Below, piece after piece: positions 38,965 to 52,532 of a stretch of 64,000 bases of DNA. The translations under genes were made by a program, and so were the position numbers. Origin of the DNA: Eledone cirrhosa (taxonomy: Eukaryota); assembly GCA_964016885.1 (NCBI GenBank), contig OZ024761.1, positions 28,892,001 to 28,956,000 of the forward strand. The letters run 5' to 3'. A model generated the notes under the pieces. That model worked only from the letters and a program-made list of their open reading frames with translations. It was not told the origin of the DNA and searched no databases. Within the stretch, counting starts at the first letter, position 1; each line of letters starts with the position of its first letter.

Positions 38965-39600
38965 TTGCGCTAGTCATGTGGTCAGTATGGGGGATGAAAG
39001 ACTGACTAAACAGTTATTTTATGGGGAGCTGACAAGAGGAAAAAGGCCATAGCATAAATCAAAGAAGCAGTTTAACCCTTTAGCATTTAAACCAGCTGTA
39101 TCCAGCCAGAATTCTCTCACCTTTTTCTGTTCAAACCAGTCATAATCGGTTGCTCATACTAATGTTAAGGTATTGTTCTCAAAATAAATAATATCAAAAT
39201 CTCAAATTTTCAATATTATGTGAGATAATTATGTAAGGTAAACCTTTTCTGAGAAAATACAATAGTATATATAGAGTAATGTGAATGTTAAAGGGTTAAG
39301 GATGTCATAAAAGACAAGCTTAAAGCCCTGAAGATTGATATGGAGAACTGAGAGAGACTGGCTGAAGGTCGTACATCATGGAGAAAGATCATCAAATATG
39401 GATGTGATGTCTTTGAGAAAAGGCGAGTGGAGTATGCTATTTTGAAGCATTTACTTCATAAGCAGGACTTAAGTGCAGTGCCTGCAAAAAATCCCAAAGG
39501 AATTGAGGTGCAATGTATGTGGCCAACTTCTTCCAACAAGAGCTGGTTTTCTTGACAATCTGAAATCATACGAGCCAAGGAGAGATTGAACCAACTGAAG
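38965..39600 (+). pseudogene. RTE (BovB-like) LINE ORF C-terminal remnant, interrupted by a TTAA MITE
   Basis: With 39076-39299 removed it reads SHVVSMGDERLTKQLFYGELTRGKRP*HKSKKQFKDVIKDKLKALKIDMEN*ERLAEGRTSWRKII..FE, then a decayed C2H2 finger CNVC..GF..NLKSY. Confidence 0.8.
39076..39295 (+). mobile_element. piggyBac-type TTAA MITE (220 bp)
   Basis: TTAA|CCCTTTAGCATT ... AATGTTAAAGGG|TTAA; excision restores the RTE reading frame. Confidence 0.9.
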
Positions 39601-39948
39601 AAGACAGCCCATTGACCAGGGATTTTGAGACTAAAAATATGTGGTAACTTAACCACTTCTATGCCAGTCATTACATTGATCTCCATTGATCAATCGACTA
39701 TCTGAATCGATTGTAAAACAATGAACTAACGATCTATCTATGCCTGACTTCAAAAATTGATCTTCCATAAACACACATAGCAAAGTTGCTATTGAAAATC
39801 CAGTATGGGCACCCAGGGTCGCTAGCATTTTCAGGCGCACTCTGGGAACTGCGAAAACTTCCACCTTTCCCAGGTGTTACCGGGTACTGTAGCTAGTATA
39901 TATATAATTCCAAGTAAGAAATGTTGTTTGATCAATTAATTGACCAAA

Positions 39949-40167
39949 CCCTTTAACGTTCAAACCGGCCAAAATCAGCCTGAATTCTCTACCTCTTTCT
40001 GTTGAAACTGGCTGTAACTGGCCACTCATACTGATGTTAAGGTATTGTTCTCAAAATAAATACTTTCAAAATCTCATAGATTCGATATTATGTGAGATAT
40101 TATGTGAGGCAAAGCCTTTACCATGAAAATATAATAGTATATATACAGTAATGTAAATGTTAAAGGG
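39949..40167 (+). mobile_element. second copy of the TTAA MITE
   Basis: Colinear with 39076-39295; CCCTTTAAC..GTTAAAGGG|TTAA. Confidence 0.85.
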
Positions 40168-40351
40168 TTAAAGTATTACCTATAAGGTATCAGACAGAAT
40201 GACAATATTATAAAGAAGAGATGGTTGGTTTTATGTATATATACTCTGTTTATTATATAATATTGTTATACACATATAACAGGATTATATAAACACAGGA
40301 TGCATACTTAAAACAGTCTCTCTTCTTTACGATATATATATATATATATAT

Positions 40352-40538
40352 CGTCATCATCATCATCATCTTCATTTAACATTCATCTTCCACGCTAGCA
40401 TGGGTTAGATGGGAGTTGTCCCACTTGAGGCAAGGCTAGTCGGGTGACTGTGTCTCGCTCATATAGGACTATCTGGCAGGTTTTCTACGGCTGGATGCCC
40501 TTTCTAACATCAACCACATTTACAGTGTGGAACTGGGA

Positions 40539-40540
<2 letters not shown>
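40352..40540 (-). mobile_element. RTE LINE 3' tail fragment
   Basis: Reverse complement of 20110-20303. Confidence 0.8.
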
Positions 40541-40579
<39 letters not shown>

Positions 40580-41206
40580 TTATATATTATATATATACAT
40601 TTATACATAAATATATATATATATTGTTATACTTTGGGAGGGTCATATATATATACATTTATATATAAATATATATATGTATGTATATATAAATTGTATG
40701 ACATATATATATATATATGAAATATATAGTATATATAGAAATGTTCTTTGCCTTTATATGGTCGCATTATCAACTTATTTAAAACTTGTTTAAATATATA
40801 TACATATATATATATACATTTATACATATATGTATATATATATAAATTGTATGATATATAATATATATATAAGAAACGATAAGATATGTTTGTATATATT
40901 TCCACTTACTTCTGCAACGAAGAAGGTGTTATATCGATATGTCACCAACTGACCAGGTAGAACTCAATCAAGACACCAACAATGGTAAAACTAATTAACC
41001 ATAACAAATCACTCACCTGAAAAATAAAAAAAAATTTTTTAAAATTATACGATAAAAATAACAATGAATAAATTTATATATAAATACATTAACATATATA
41101 TATCGGAAAATATAGAAATAATATAAATACATAAATATATAGAAATATAAAAATAAATATAAAAATAATATAAATAAATATATAAATATATATATATATG
41201 TATAGA

Positions 41207-41237
<31 letters not shown>

Positions 41238-42643
41238 CATGTGATGCACATGAAAGACGACAGCTGTATAAAAAAGTGCAGGGCAATAAAAATAGACGGT
41301 AGCCACGGAGTAGGCAGACCCAGAAAAACCTGGGACGACTTGATGAATTCCGACCTCACACACTTACACCTCTCCAAGACAATGTCACTGGACCGAGAGC
41401 TTTGACGCTACACAGTTATACAGAAGACCCGCCTTGCCTAAGTACAACACGAAACCTACAGTCAGTAGGCACCTCTAACGAAATACACCCCTGTCCCACT
41501 ACCCCCACCCCATCCACACCACCCCCTTAAATATGAAGTTATGTTGGTACCACAACATCCAGTCCGAAACAAATGAGGTCGTGTAGGTGTCACGACAAAA
41601 AAAAACACACAGTCCACGCTGTAATGTGGCCGTGTAGGTAACACGGTAAAAACCTCCCAGTCCACACTGTAAACGTGGTTGGTGTTGGGAAGGGCATCCA
41701 GCCGTAGAAAACCCGCCAGATGTGTAGGTGTCACGACAAAAAAACACACAGTCCACGCTGTAATGTGGCCGTGTAGGTAACACGGTAAAAACCTCCCAGT
41801 CCACACTGTAAACGTGGTTGGTGTTGGGAAGGGCATCCAGCCGTAGAAAACCCGCCAGATGTGTAGGTGTCACGACAAAAAAACACACAGTCCACGCTGT
41901 AATGTGGCCGTGTAGGTAACACGGTAAAAACCTCCCAGTCCACACTGTAAACGTGGTTGGTGTTGGGAAGGGCATCCAGCCGTAGAAAACCCGCCAGATG
42001 TGTAGGTGTCACGACAAAAAAACACACAGTCCACGCTGTAATGTGGCCGTGTAGGTAACACGGTAAAAACCTCCCAGTCCACACTGTAAACGTGGTTGGT
42101 GCTAGGAAGGGCATCCAGCCGTAGAAAACCCGCCAGATGTGTAGGTGTCACGACAAAAAAACACACAGTCCACGCTGTAATGTGGCCGTGTAGGTAACAC
42201 GGTAAAAACCTCCCAGTCCACACTGTAAACGTGGTTGGTGTTGGGAAGGGCATCCAGCCGTAGAAAACCCGCCAGATGTGTAGGTGTCACGACAAAAAAA
42301 CACACAGTCCACGCTGTAATGTGGCCGTGTAGGTAACACGGTAAAAACCTCCCAGTCCACACTGTAAACGTGGTTGGTGCTAGGAAGGGCATCCAGCTGT
42401 AGAAAAACCGCCAGATGTGTAGGTGTCACGACAAAAAAACACACAGTCCACGCTGTAATGTGGCCGTGTAGGTAACACGGTAAAAACTTCCCAGTCCACA
42501 CTGTAAACGTGGTTGGTGTTGGGAAGGGCATCCAGCCGTAGAAAACCCGCCAGACAGTCCTATACGAGCAGCACAACCAATCTTGCCTCAGGTGGGAAAA
42601 CTCCCGTCCAAACCCATGCAAGCGTGGAAGATGGACGTTAAAC

Positions 42644-42676
<33 letters not shown>

Positions 42677-42677
42677 A
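41238..42677 (+). mobile_element. RTE LINE 3' end with internally amplified 3' UTR
   Basis: 41238-41441 reads HVMHMKDDSCIKKCRAIKIDGSHGVGRPRKTWDDLMNSDLTHLHLSKTMSLDREL*RYTVIQKTRLA* (RTE HV.M..GRPRKTW..D..DR..WR); (TGA)n tail. Confidence 0.85.
41581..42554. repeat. 139-bp tandem repeat, 7 copies
   Basis: GTGTAGGTGTCACGAC at 41581, 41722, 41861, 42000, 42139, 42278 and 42417. Confidence 0.95.
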
Positions 42678-42680
42678 TAT

Positions 42681-43028
42681 ACAGTGTACCCCTGGCAGTC
42701 TCGGTTATTGTGGAATTTCCCTTAGAACCTAACTAATAATTGTTTATGGAAACCATGGCATATTCGTGGAATCGTAAATATCTACCACGATTTTTTATGC
42801 CTTTTTTCATGTCAATATATATATATTTTTAATGCTAAATCATTAAGAACAATATACCTTATTTACAGGTCTATTGGATGCCCCTTTGCATAAGATGCTC
42901 CCCCTTTTTTTTATTATATTTTATGTTATATTTTGATGTTTATAGTCATTTTTATGGACCATTCATGGTTTTTTCACTCTTCGCAGGTGCTATAGAACAT
43001 AACACCCATGAATACCAGAGAACAACTA
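42681..43028. mobile_element. probable pogo/Tigger-type MITE, decayed
   Basis: TA|CAGTGTACCCCTGG ... GAATACCAGAGAACAACTA|TA; weak TIRs. Confidence 0.4.
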
Positions 43029-43040
43029 TATATACATATT

Positions 43041-43140
43041 TATTAAAATAACAGATTAAAGTTTAGGCAAAGAATCGCTACTTTCACCCTTAACGGGATC
43101 TTCTTTGGATTTTAGTCTTCACATTTATTATTATTACTAT
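43041..43140 (+). mobile_element. family F element (conserved ends), 100-bp form
   Basis: TATTAAAATAACAGATTAAAGTTTA.GCAAAGAATC ... TTTGGATTTTAGTCTTCACATTTATTATTATTACTA, in (TA)n. Confidence 0.7.
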
Positions 43141-43189
43141 ATATATATAATTTATATATAGTAAAATGATGATGATGATATATATATTA

Positions 43190-43315
43190 TTGAGTAAAAT
43201 GACAGGAGGCTGGATTGATGAAATTCCTTCAGAGATTGCAATATATGTGACCGATTTCTTCAAACAAGAGCTGGTTTTGTTAACCATCTGAAATCACACG
43301 AGCCAAAGAGAGATC
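43190..43315 (+). mobile_element. RTE C-terminal C2H2 finger fragment
   Basis: From 43237 it reads CNICDRFLQTRAGFVNHLKSHE; homologous to 39508-39590. Confidence 0.65.
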
Positions 43316-43334
43316 ATATACATATATATATATA

Positions 43335-43470
43335 TATTAAAATAACAGATTAAAGTTTAAGCAAAGAATCGCTGCTTTCACCCTTAACGGGATCTTCTGA
43401 ATATATTTATATATATTATCTTTATCGAGCTCTCTTCAGATTTTAGTCTTCACATTCGTTATTCTTACTA
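43335..43470 (+). mobile_element. family F element, 136-bp form
   Basis: Same ends as 43041-43140. Confidence 0.7.
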
Positions 43471-43475
43471 TATAT

Positions 43476-43680
43476 AGTTTTAATATAGATGAGATTCTAC
43501 AGGACTAGAACTGTTTCATTCTTTAGAAATCATCAGGAATCCGGAGATTCCTGATGATTTCTAAAGAATGAAACAGTTCTAGTCCTGTAGAATCTCATCT
43601 ATATTAAAACTTTTATACTCTGCAATGTATTGAGTACCTTACTTACTGTGGTTACCTCCGATTCAACCCGGAATAACGTA
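43476..43680 (+). mobile_element. family D hammerhead-like element with palindromic 5' end
   Basis: Inverted repeat 43476-43611; core CTGATGA-T TTC TAAA GAA T-GAAAC-AGTTCTA-GTC at 43551-43584. Confidence 0.7.
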
Positions 43681-43849
43681 TATATATATATATATATATA
43701 TAAGAATGGTTTTGTGTAGGATTGTAGGGAACCAGAGTTTAATAAGGTACTCAATACATTAGTAAAGGAGATACATATTTATTTTGTATAGAAATGACTT
43801 CTACAGGACTAGAACTATGGGTAAGTGATCACATGTTAGTGTGTGTGTG

Positions 43850-44610
43850 TATGTGAAAATTATAGTATGTGTATATAGATATTACAGTGCGTGTATGTGA
43901 AAATTACAGTGTGTGTATGTGAAAATTATAGTGTGTGTATGTGAAAATTATAGTGTGTGTATGTGAAAATTACAGTGTGTGTATGTAAATATTACAGTGT
44001 ATGAATGTGAAAATTACAGTGTGTGTATGTAAATATTACAGTGTATGAATGTGAAAATTACAGTGTGTGTATGTGAAAATTACAGTGTGTGTATGTGATC
44101 ATCATGACATGTGTGTGTATGTGATGATGAAAGTGTGTGTATGTGAAAAGTATAGTGTGTGTATATGATGATTACGGTGTGTGTACGTGATGATGAAAGT
44201 GTACGTATGTGAAAATTACAGTGTGTGTATGTGAAAATTACAGTGTGTGTATGTGATCATCATGACATGTGTGTGTATGTGATGATGAAAGTGTATGTGA
44301 AAATTTCAGTGTGTGTATGTGATCATTATAGTATGCGTGTATGTGAAAATTACAGTGTGTGCGTGTGAAAATTACAGTGTATGTATGTGAAAATTACAGT
44401 GTGTGTGTGTGTGTGTGAAAATTACAGTGTGTGTATGTGAAAATTACAGTGTATGTATGTGAAAATTACAGTGTATGTATGTGAAAATTACAGTGTGTGT
44501 GTGTGTGAAAATTACAGTGTATGTATGTGAAAATTACAGTGTGTGTGAAAATTACAGTGTGTGTATGTGAAAATTACAGTGTGTGTATGTGAAAATTACA
44601 GTGTGTGAGT
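43850..44610. repeat. 22-bp minisatellite GTGAAAATTACAGTGTGTGTAT
   Basis: Direct reading. Confidence 0.9.
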
Positions 44611-45086
44611 GTGTGTGATGATATTTTTAAATACAAAGATCAAAATTATTTTGTGCCATTATTGAAATTACGGTTTTTTCCCCTTTTCCTTCTGCTATTT
44701 CCTCGAAACCATATTTTTAATTAAAAGGGGGTCGAAAACAAAGATCCTTTAATTCTAAATCACAGTAATGTTGATCCTACAATCCATTATTTCCTTTCAT
44801 TTATTTTATTTTTATATTTCTTTTATATTAATTTTATATGAATTTATATATGTGTATATATTTTATATCACTTTTATATTTATTTTATATGATTTTATAT
44901 ATATATTTTATATCATTAGTATATTCATTTCATATCACTTTTATATATATATTTTTAGATCGTCTTTATATCACTTTTACATTTATTTTATATCTGCATA
45001 TATATATATCATCATCACCATCATCATACGTCCATATATATATGATGTCACTTTTACATTTATTTTATATATATATATATATATAT

Positions 45087-45405
<319 letters not shown>

Positions 45406-45414
45406 AATAAATAA

Positions 45415-45763
45415 CATGGCTTAGTGGTTAGAGCATTGGCCTTGCAATCGAAAGGTTGTGAGTTCAATTCTCAGACCGGGTGATGTGTTGTTTCCTTGAG
45501 CAAGACACTTTATTTCACATTGCTCCAGTTTACTCAGCTGTAGAAATGAGATGATAGCTGTAGAAATGAAATGATAGGGTCCCTGTCATTCCACTGCAAA
45601 GTGGTCGTGGAGGTGCCACGGCAAAAAGCACCCAGCACTCACTGTAAATGAGGTTGGTGTTAGGAAGGGCATCCAGCTGTAGAAATCAAGCCAGAATCAG
45701 TTCCCGTCCCACCCTTGCAAGCAGGGAAAAAGCGGACGTAAAATGAAATGATGAATGAAATGA
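45415..45763 (+). mobile_element. CORE-type SINE family B
   Basis: As 17431-17772, with a small internal duplication GCTGTAGAAATGA.ATGATA. Confidence 0.85.
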
Positions 45764-46155
45764 TATATATGGTGTCACTTTTACATTTATTTTATATCTC
45801 TCTATATATATATATGATGTCACTTTTACAATTTATATATTTATATATATATATATTTTTATATATTTATATATATATATATATATATTATTAGTATATT
45901 CATTTCATATCACTTTTATATTTATATTACATCATTATATATATATTTTATATTATTAGTATATTTGTAATATATCACTTTTATATATATCTAGGTTGTC
46001 TTTATATCCTCATTATATTTATTTCTATATATATTTTATGAGTATCATATTTTATAGTTATCGTTTGTTATGGCTTCCTATTTGATTAAAGGACATTTTC
46101 AATAATTCTTATCATGTTTTACTTTTAATGCCATCTTATATATACATTCACACAT

Positions 46156-46201
<46 letters not shown>

Positions 46202-46452
46202 CTGTAGAAATCAAGCCAGAATCAGTCCTGCCCCAAGCAGGGAAAAGCGGACGTAAAAATGATGTAAGATGTAAGATATATACACACACCCAGGCAAATA
46301 CACACACACACATATATATATATACGTATATACATTTATAAAAATTTGCAATTATTCCAGTAATGGCCACTATGTTTCAGAACATAGTTGCTAAGATTCA
46401 TCAGAGAAGAAATTTACATATATATCCATACATACATATATATATATATATA

Positions 46453-46787
46453 TCATTCATTTCATTTTACGTCCGCTTTTCCCTGCTTGCAAGGGTGGGA
46501 CGGGAACTGATTCTGGCTTGATTTCTACAGCTGGATGCCCTTCCTAACACCAACCTCATTTACAGTGAGTGCTGGGTGCTTTTTTGCCGTGGCATCTCCA
46601 CGACCACTTTGCAGTGGAATGATAGGGACCCCAGTCCCTATCATCTCATTTCTACAGCTGAGTAAACTGGAGCAATGTGAAATAAAGTGTCTTGTTCAAG
46701 GAAACAACACATCACCCGGTCTGAGAATTGAACTCACAACCTTTCGATTGCAAGGCCAATGCTCTAACCACTAAGCCATGTGCCTCC
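46453..46787 (-). mobile_element. CORE-type SINE family B
   Basis: As 17431-17772; inverted relative to 45415-45763. Confidence 0.85.
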
Positions 46788-47154
46788 ACATGTGCTACAT
46801 ATATATATACATATATATACATGGCTGCAGGAATAATATTTTACGTCACATGATATTTTTTATATTTTTCAGAATTTATGTTATTTATCTTTTATATTAA
46901 CAAACCACATTTAATTTTTATTCTATAAATTTTATATATTTTTATTTTCATAAATTTAATATTTCTATCTTTTTTCATAATTTTCTTTTAAAAAATATAT
47001 TTCATTACAATTTTATATCTATCATGTTTCCCAATTTCCAAATTGATACATCTCTCGCTCTCTCTATATATATTTTTTCAAATATTTGTTGTTGTTTTAT
47101 TACATATCTGCTTTTTAACACGTAATGTTTTACAATATTGGTTATGATTTTGTT

Positions 47155-47227
<73 letters not shown>

Positions 47228-48122
47228 TATACATATATATATATATATATATGCGTGTATGTGGCATATTTATTATATATAGTTATCTTTATACCCTTGT
47301 TTAATCTTTTATTTGTTTTGTTGTTGTTTTTTTCTGTAGCAATCACAGTTAAGGCCATGCTGAAGCACAACACATTTTCGAATTATTTGCAAAAAAGAAA
47401 TTTTTTTAAATAAAAAAGAAAATAAATAACTAAATTGAGATACTAAAAAAAAAATTTTTTCTATAATTTCTGAAAGGAATTTATTTTAAACTACATTTGA
47501 TAATTTCAAAAAATAAAATACATTTTTTTTAAATTTTATTTTCTTCACTAACAGGTTTCATATTGTTTATTTTGTTATTTATTATTTATTTTTTATTATT
47601 ATTTTCCTTCTGTAATCTGTCCAATTAATTTGTCAATGATGATTGTATTTAATAAGGGTGAGAGTAGGAAGAAGTCAAATATGAGATGGGGGGAGGGGGG
47701 GACAAAAGAGGGACATGGAAGATAAAAAGGTGCTATGAAAGGTAGGGTAGGAGAAAGGGAAGGAAGGGGGAGACAACTCCATTGATTAGTTTATTAGATT
47801 AATGATCTCAATCTTCTTCATAACAAACCTTTTAATTAGATGAAAATAGTTTAATTATTGCTACAGAGAAAGAACTGGACAAAGAAAAAATTTTAAGAAG
47901 AAAAAAATCTGGAACATTACAATTTAGAGGGAATGGGAAAATGTTATATATATATATAAACACACATGTTTATAGACATGCACATTTAAACATGTATATA
48001 TATACATATATATATATATATTCTGGTAATGATTTTATCAATCAAATTTCTTGTATCTGATGTCTGATAATTTCTAAAAAAACTGTTTTGATTATTTAAA
48101 AATTTTGAAAGCTTTAATCTAT

Positions 48123-48173
<51 letters not shown>

Positions 48174-48451
48174 CGCATATATATACACACATAGATAGAT
48201 AAGATAGATAGATTAGGGGTAGAAAGAAAGAGAGAGAGAAAGAGAGAGAGAGTGACTTCTCTCTCACTGTCTTAAATTGTTTGAAAATACTTGAATCGGC
48301 TCAGTTCTTTCCCTTGGTGCTTTTTATAATTTAAACACCATGAAAGGGAGGTTTTGTCTTTAAATTGCAAGGATAGTCTCTGTTGAATTACGTTGGTTTT
48401 TACTTACTGTATTCAGGCTGTATATCTTTATTTCTTGGTATCTAAATGAAT

Positions 48452-48612
48452 GAAGGCGCATGGCTTAGTGGTTAGAGCATTGGGCTTGCAATTGAAAGGT
48501 TGGGAGTTCAATTCTCGGCTCGGGTGATGTGTTGAGCAAGATACTATATTTCACGTTGCTCCAGTTTACTCAGCTGTAGAAATGAGATGATAGGGACAGG
48601 GGTCCATATCAT
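48452..48612 (+). mobile_element. SINE family B, head and CORE only
   Basis: GGCGCATGGCTTAGTGG..GAGTTCAATTC..GAGCAAGATAC. Confidence 0.75.
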
Positions 48613-48759
48613 TAAATCACCCAAGACACCTCCAACGAGATATACCTTGGAGGAGACCAGCTAAACCTGCATAGGTGTGAGCTGTCACACACACACACAC
48701 ATAGATGTGAGCTGTCACACACACACATAGGTGGGAGCTGTTACACACACACATATAAA

Positions 48760-49127
48760 TTATTATATTTTCATGGTAAATGTTTTATTTCACATAATTA
48801 TCTCACATAATCTCGAAGATTTTGATATTAGATTGGCAGTGTCAGTAGTGGGCTAGACACCATGCTTTGCAGCATAGAGTTACGTCCCTTTACGGTCTGA
48901 GTTCGAATCCCCCAATGGTTAACTTTGCCTTTCATCCTTATGGGGTCGATAAAATAATGAACCAGTAATACACAGGGATAATTGCTGGCCTTGTGCCAAA
49001 AATAGAAACAATTATTTATTTTGAGAACAATACCTTAACATCAGTATGAGCAACCAGTTACAGCTGTTTAGAACAGAAAGAGGTGAGAGAATTCTGGCTG
49101 GATATGGTTGGTTTAAATACTAGAGGG
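48760..49127 (-). mobile_element. TTAA MITE containing a SINE-A (48831-49015)
   Basis: Reverse complement of the 39076 MITE interrupted at AAAATAAATAAT; ends GAGGG|TTAA. Confidence 0.8.
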
Positions 49128-49153
49128 TTAAATATCAGATCCAAGCTTCTTAA

Positions 49154-49428
49154 CCCTTTAGCATTTAAACCGACCGTATCCGACCAGAATTCTCTCACCT
49201 CTTTCTGTTCAAACCAGCCATAACTGGCTGCTCATACTTATGTTAAGGTATTGTTCTCAAAATAAATAATTGTTTCTACTTTTGGCACCAGGCCAGCAAT
49301 TATTCCAGTGCATTACTGGTACTTTATTTTATCGACCCTGTAAGGATGAAAGGCAAAGTTAACCTCGGAATACAATAATAATTGTGAAAATACAATAATA
49401 AATATAGATTAATGTAAATGCTAAAGGG
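49154..49428 (+). mobile_element. TTAA MITE containing a partial SINE-A (49268-49368)
   Basis: TTAA|CCCTTTAGCATTTA ... TAAATGCTAAAGGG; the SINE sits at the same site as in the neighbouring copy. Confidence 0.8.
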
Positions 49429-49738
49429 ATAAGGAAGAGTTAAACCATGTATGTCCTTCTAAATATGTCACCACATCCTAGTAAACCAACCACCAAACTA
49501 CGCAAAACACCTTATGCAAAGCACTCCCTGCAGTCATTTTTGCCATCTACTCTTTGTTCATATACACATACAATACTTCATTTTGAATTGATGTCCTGTA
49601 TACTGACATCTTCATGTCTCACAAGATGGCAATGGGCAGTGTGACACATTGCATGAACTGAAAATATTAACAGCCCTAATATCTGTTTGTAGAGTATAAA
49701 CTTCAGATCATGTATATATATGTGTGTGTATATATATA

Positions 49739-50010
49739 TCAGACCGGGTAATGTGTTGTTTCCTTGAGCAAGACACTTTATTTCACATTGCTCCAGTTTA
49801 CTCAGCTGTAGAAATGAGATGATAGGGACTGGGGTCCCTATCATTCCACTGCAAAGTGGTCGTGCAGGTGCCACGGCAAAAAAGCACCCAGAACTCACTG
49901 TAAATGAGGTTGGTGTTAGGAAGGGCATCCAGCTGTAGAAATCAAGCCAGAATCAGTTCCCGTCCTACCCTTGCAAGCAGGGAAAAGCGGACGTAAAATG
50001 AAATGAAATG

Positions 50011-50011
<1 letters not shown>
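49739..50011 (+). mobile_element. SINE family B, 5' truncated
   Basis: Matches 45472-45763. Confidence 0.85.
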
Positions 50012-50073
<62 letters not shown>

Positions 50074-50080
50074 GTATATA

Positions 50081-50428
50081 TAGTAATAATAATAAATTTG
50101 AAGACTAAAATCCAAACGTATTATCTTCATTTTTTCTGTTCATTGCCAGAGAACGTCTCCACGAACCACCTAATAGAATATTAGTCTACGACTTCATTTA
50201 CACCATAAACGTGGCTTTGTCTTTGCGTGTAATTGTTTTCAACGCTCCAAATAATGACGTATTATCTTCGTTTTTTTCCGTTCTTTGCTAGGGAACTTTT
50301 CCACGAACCAAAGTATCGTCTTCCTGTCTTCCTTCGGTTGCAACGTTTTTCGAAATATTTACATTTACTTCTGCGTTCACAGATTGATTTTTTTAGATTC
50401 TTTGCTTAAACTTTAATCTGTTATTTTA

Positions 50429-50431
<3 letters not shown>
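50081..50431 (-). mobile_element. family F element, about 350 bp, with a different interior
   Basis: Both family F ends on the minus strand; interior has an about 55-bp direct repeat (50116, 50258). Confidence 0.65.
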
Positions 50432-50516
<85 letters not shown>

Positions 50517-50517
50517 T

Positions 50518-50568
<51 letters not shown>

Positions 50569-50831
50569 ATGTATACCCAGGCTAGCGTGGAAAATGGACG
50601 TTAAACGAAGATGATGATGTATGCATGTAAATACGTATATAAGTATGTAGGTATGTATGCATGTATATATGTATATAAGTATGCATGTGTGTATGTAAGT
50701 ACATATATAAGTATGTATGTAAATACGTATATAAGTATGTATATATGTATGTATATATATATACTTTTATAAGTATATATGTTTGTCTGAATGTAAATAT
50801 TTATTTATGTATGCATGTACATATGAATGCA

Positions 50832-50882
<51 letters not shown>

Positions 50883-51420
50883 TTATATATATATATATGC
50901 ATGCATTCATATATACATATATATATATATAGAGAGAGAGAGAGAGGGGGGGAGAGAGAGTGCGAGAGAGGGAGACGGGGGAGAGAGAGGGGGTATAATT
51001 TGAAATGTAATATGTTTGTATCGGGAGAAGAACAATTTCAAAACAACCTGTCATTTCCCTCCATTGTGAAACTTTCCAAAAACATCAACATTCCAAACCA
51101 TTATTCTGGGAATTTTTCATAATTCACCAATTAAATACAGGGAGGAAAAGCAAAGAATAGGATTACTGCCATTCTTTTTACCATTCAATATTCCTATCAT
51201 TATCATCATCATTATCATTGTAATCATTTCACTATTATTATTATCATTATTATTGTTGTTGTTGTTAAACCATTATTATTATTATTATTAATGACAATAA
51301 TTTTGGCAATGTTGCTGTTATTGTTAATAATAATAATAATAATAATAATTTCTTTTAGATTGTTTTTTTTTTTTATATATTAATTTGTGCTATGTTTTTT
51401 TTTGTTTTCCACTTTATTTC

Positions 51421-51472
<52 letters not shown>

Positions 51473-51737
51473 TAACGATGATGATGATAACGTGTTCTAA
51501 TTTTCTAATTTGGAATGAAAAAAAAAATTTTTTTTTTGATACAAGCAGTGTATGGAAAGTGAATCAAAGAAAATATAACAACAACAACAATAGTGATGAT
51601 GATGATGGTGATGATGATGCTGATGATGGTGGTGATGATGATGATGGTGATGATGATGATGATGGTGGTGACATTGATGGTAGTGATGGTGATGATGATG
51701 ATGATGATGATGACAATAATGATGATGATAATGATGG

Positions 51738-51768
<31 letters not shown>

Positions 51769-52477
51769 CGTAGTGGTGGTGCGGGGGTGGGGGCGGTGGC
51801 GGTGCGGGGTGGCGCGGGGTTGCTGCGGCAGTGTCGTGGGGGGGGGGCTGTGGTGGTGGCGGAAGCGTTGGCAGTGGCGGTAGTGCTGGCGGTTGTGGCA
51901 GCGACAGTAGTAGTGGCGGTGGTGGCAGTAATGGTAGCGGTTGTGCTGGTGGTTGTGGTGGTGGTGGCGGTGGTGGCTGAGACAGTGGTGGAGGTGGTGG
52001 CGGCGGTGGTAATAATGATAAAAAAGGTTAACTCTATATTTCCGACCTTTGATGATGATTGTTTTGATCAAAGGCAGGCAGAGATAGATAGAGAAAGGTG
52101 TGGGTGGGAGGGAGGGAGGGAGGGAGGGAGGGTAGGAGGGAGTAAAAGGAATGGGGAGGGAGAGGGGTGGATGAAAGGAAGAGAGGGAGATGGGTAGAGA
52201 CGGAGATGGGTAGAGACGGAGATGGGTAGAGACGGAGATGGGTAGAGAGGGAGAAAGTGAGAGGGAGAACAACAGGATGAAAGTGAAAGACATAGGAGAG
52301 CAGAGAGAGAGTGAGAGAGAGAGAGTGTGAGAGAGAGAGTGTGTGTGTGAGAGAAAATGAGAGGGAGAGAGTGAGAGAGAGCATCTTATGTAATGTATGC
52401 CACTGCCATCACTCTAGTCATGTTGGTGATGATGATTAATAAAATGAAGTGAATGTTAATGATGATAAGACTATTTG

Positions 52478-52532
<55 letters not shown>

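Noticed and set aside
46365-46410. Minus-strand CTGATGA..GAAAC motif
   Set aside because: Stems are poorly paired; it may be a decayed HHR but cannot be supported from this copy.
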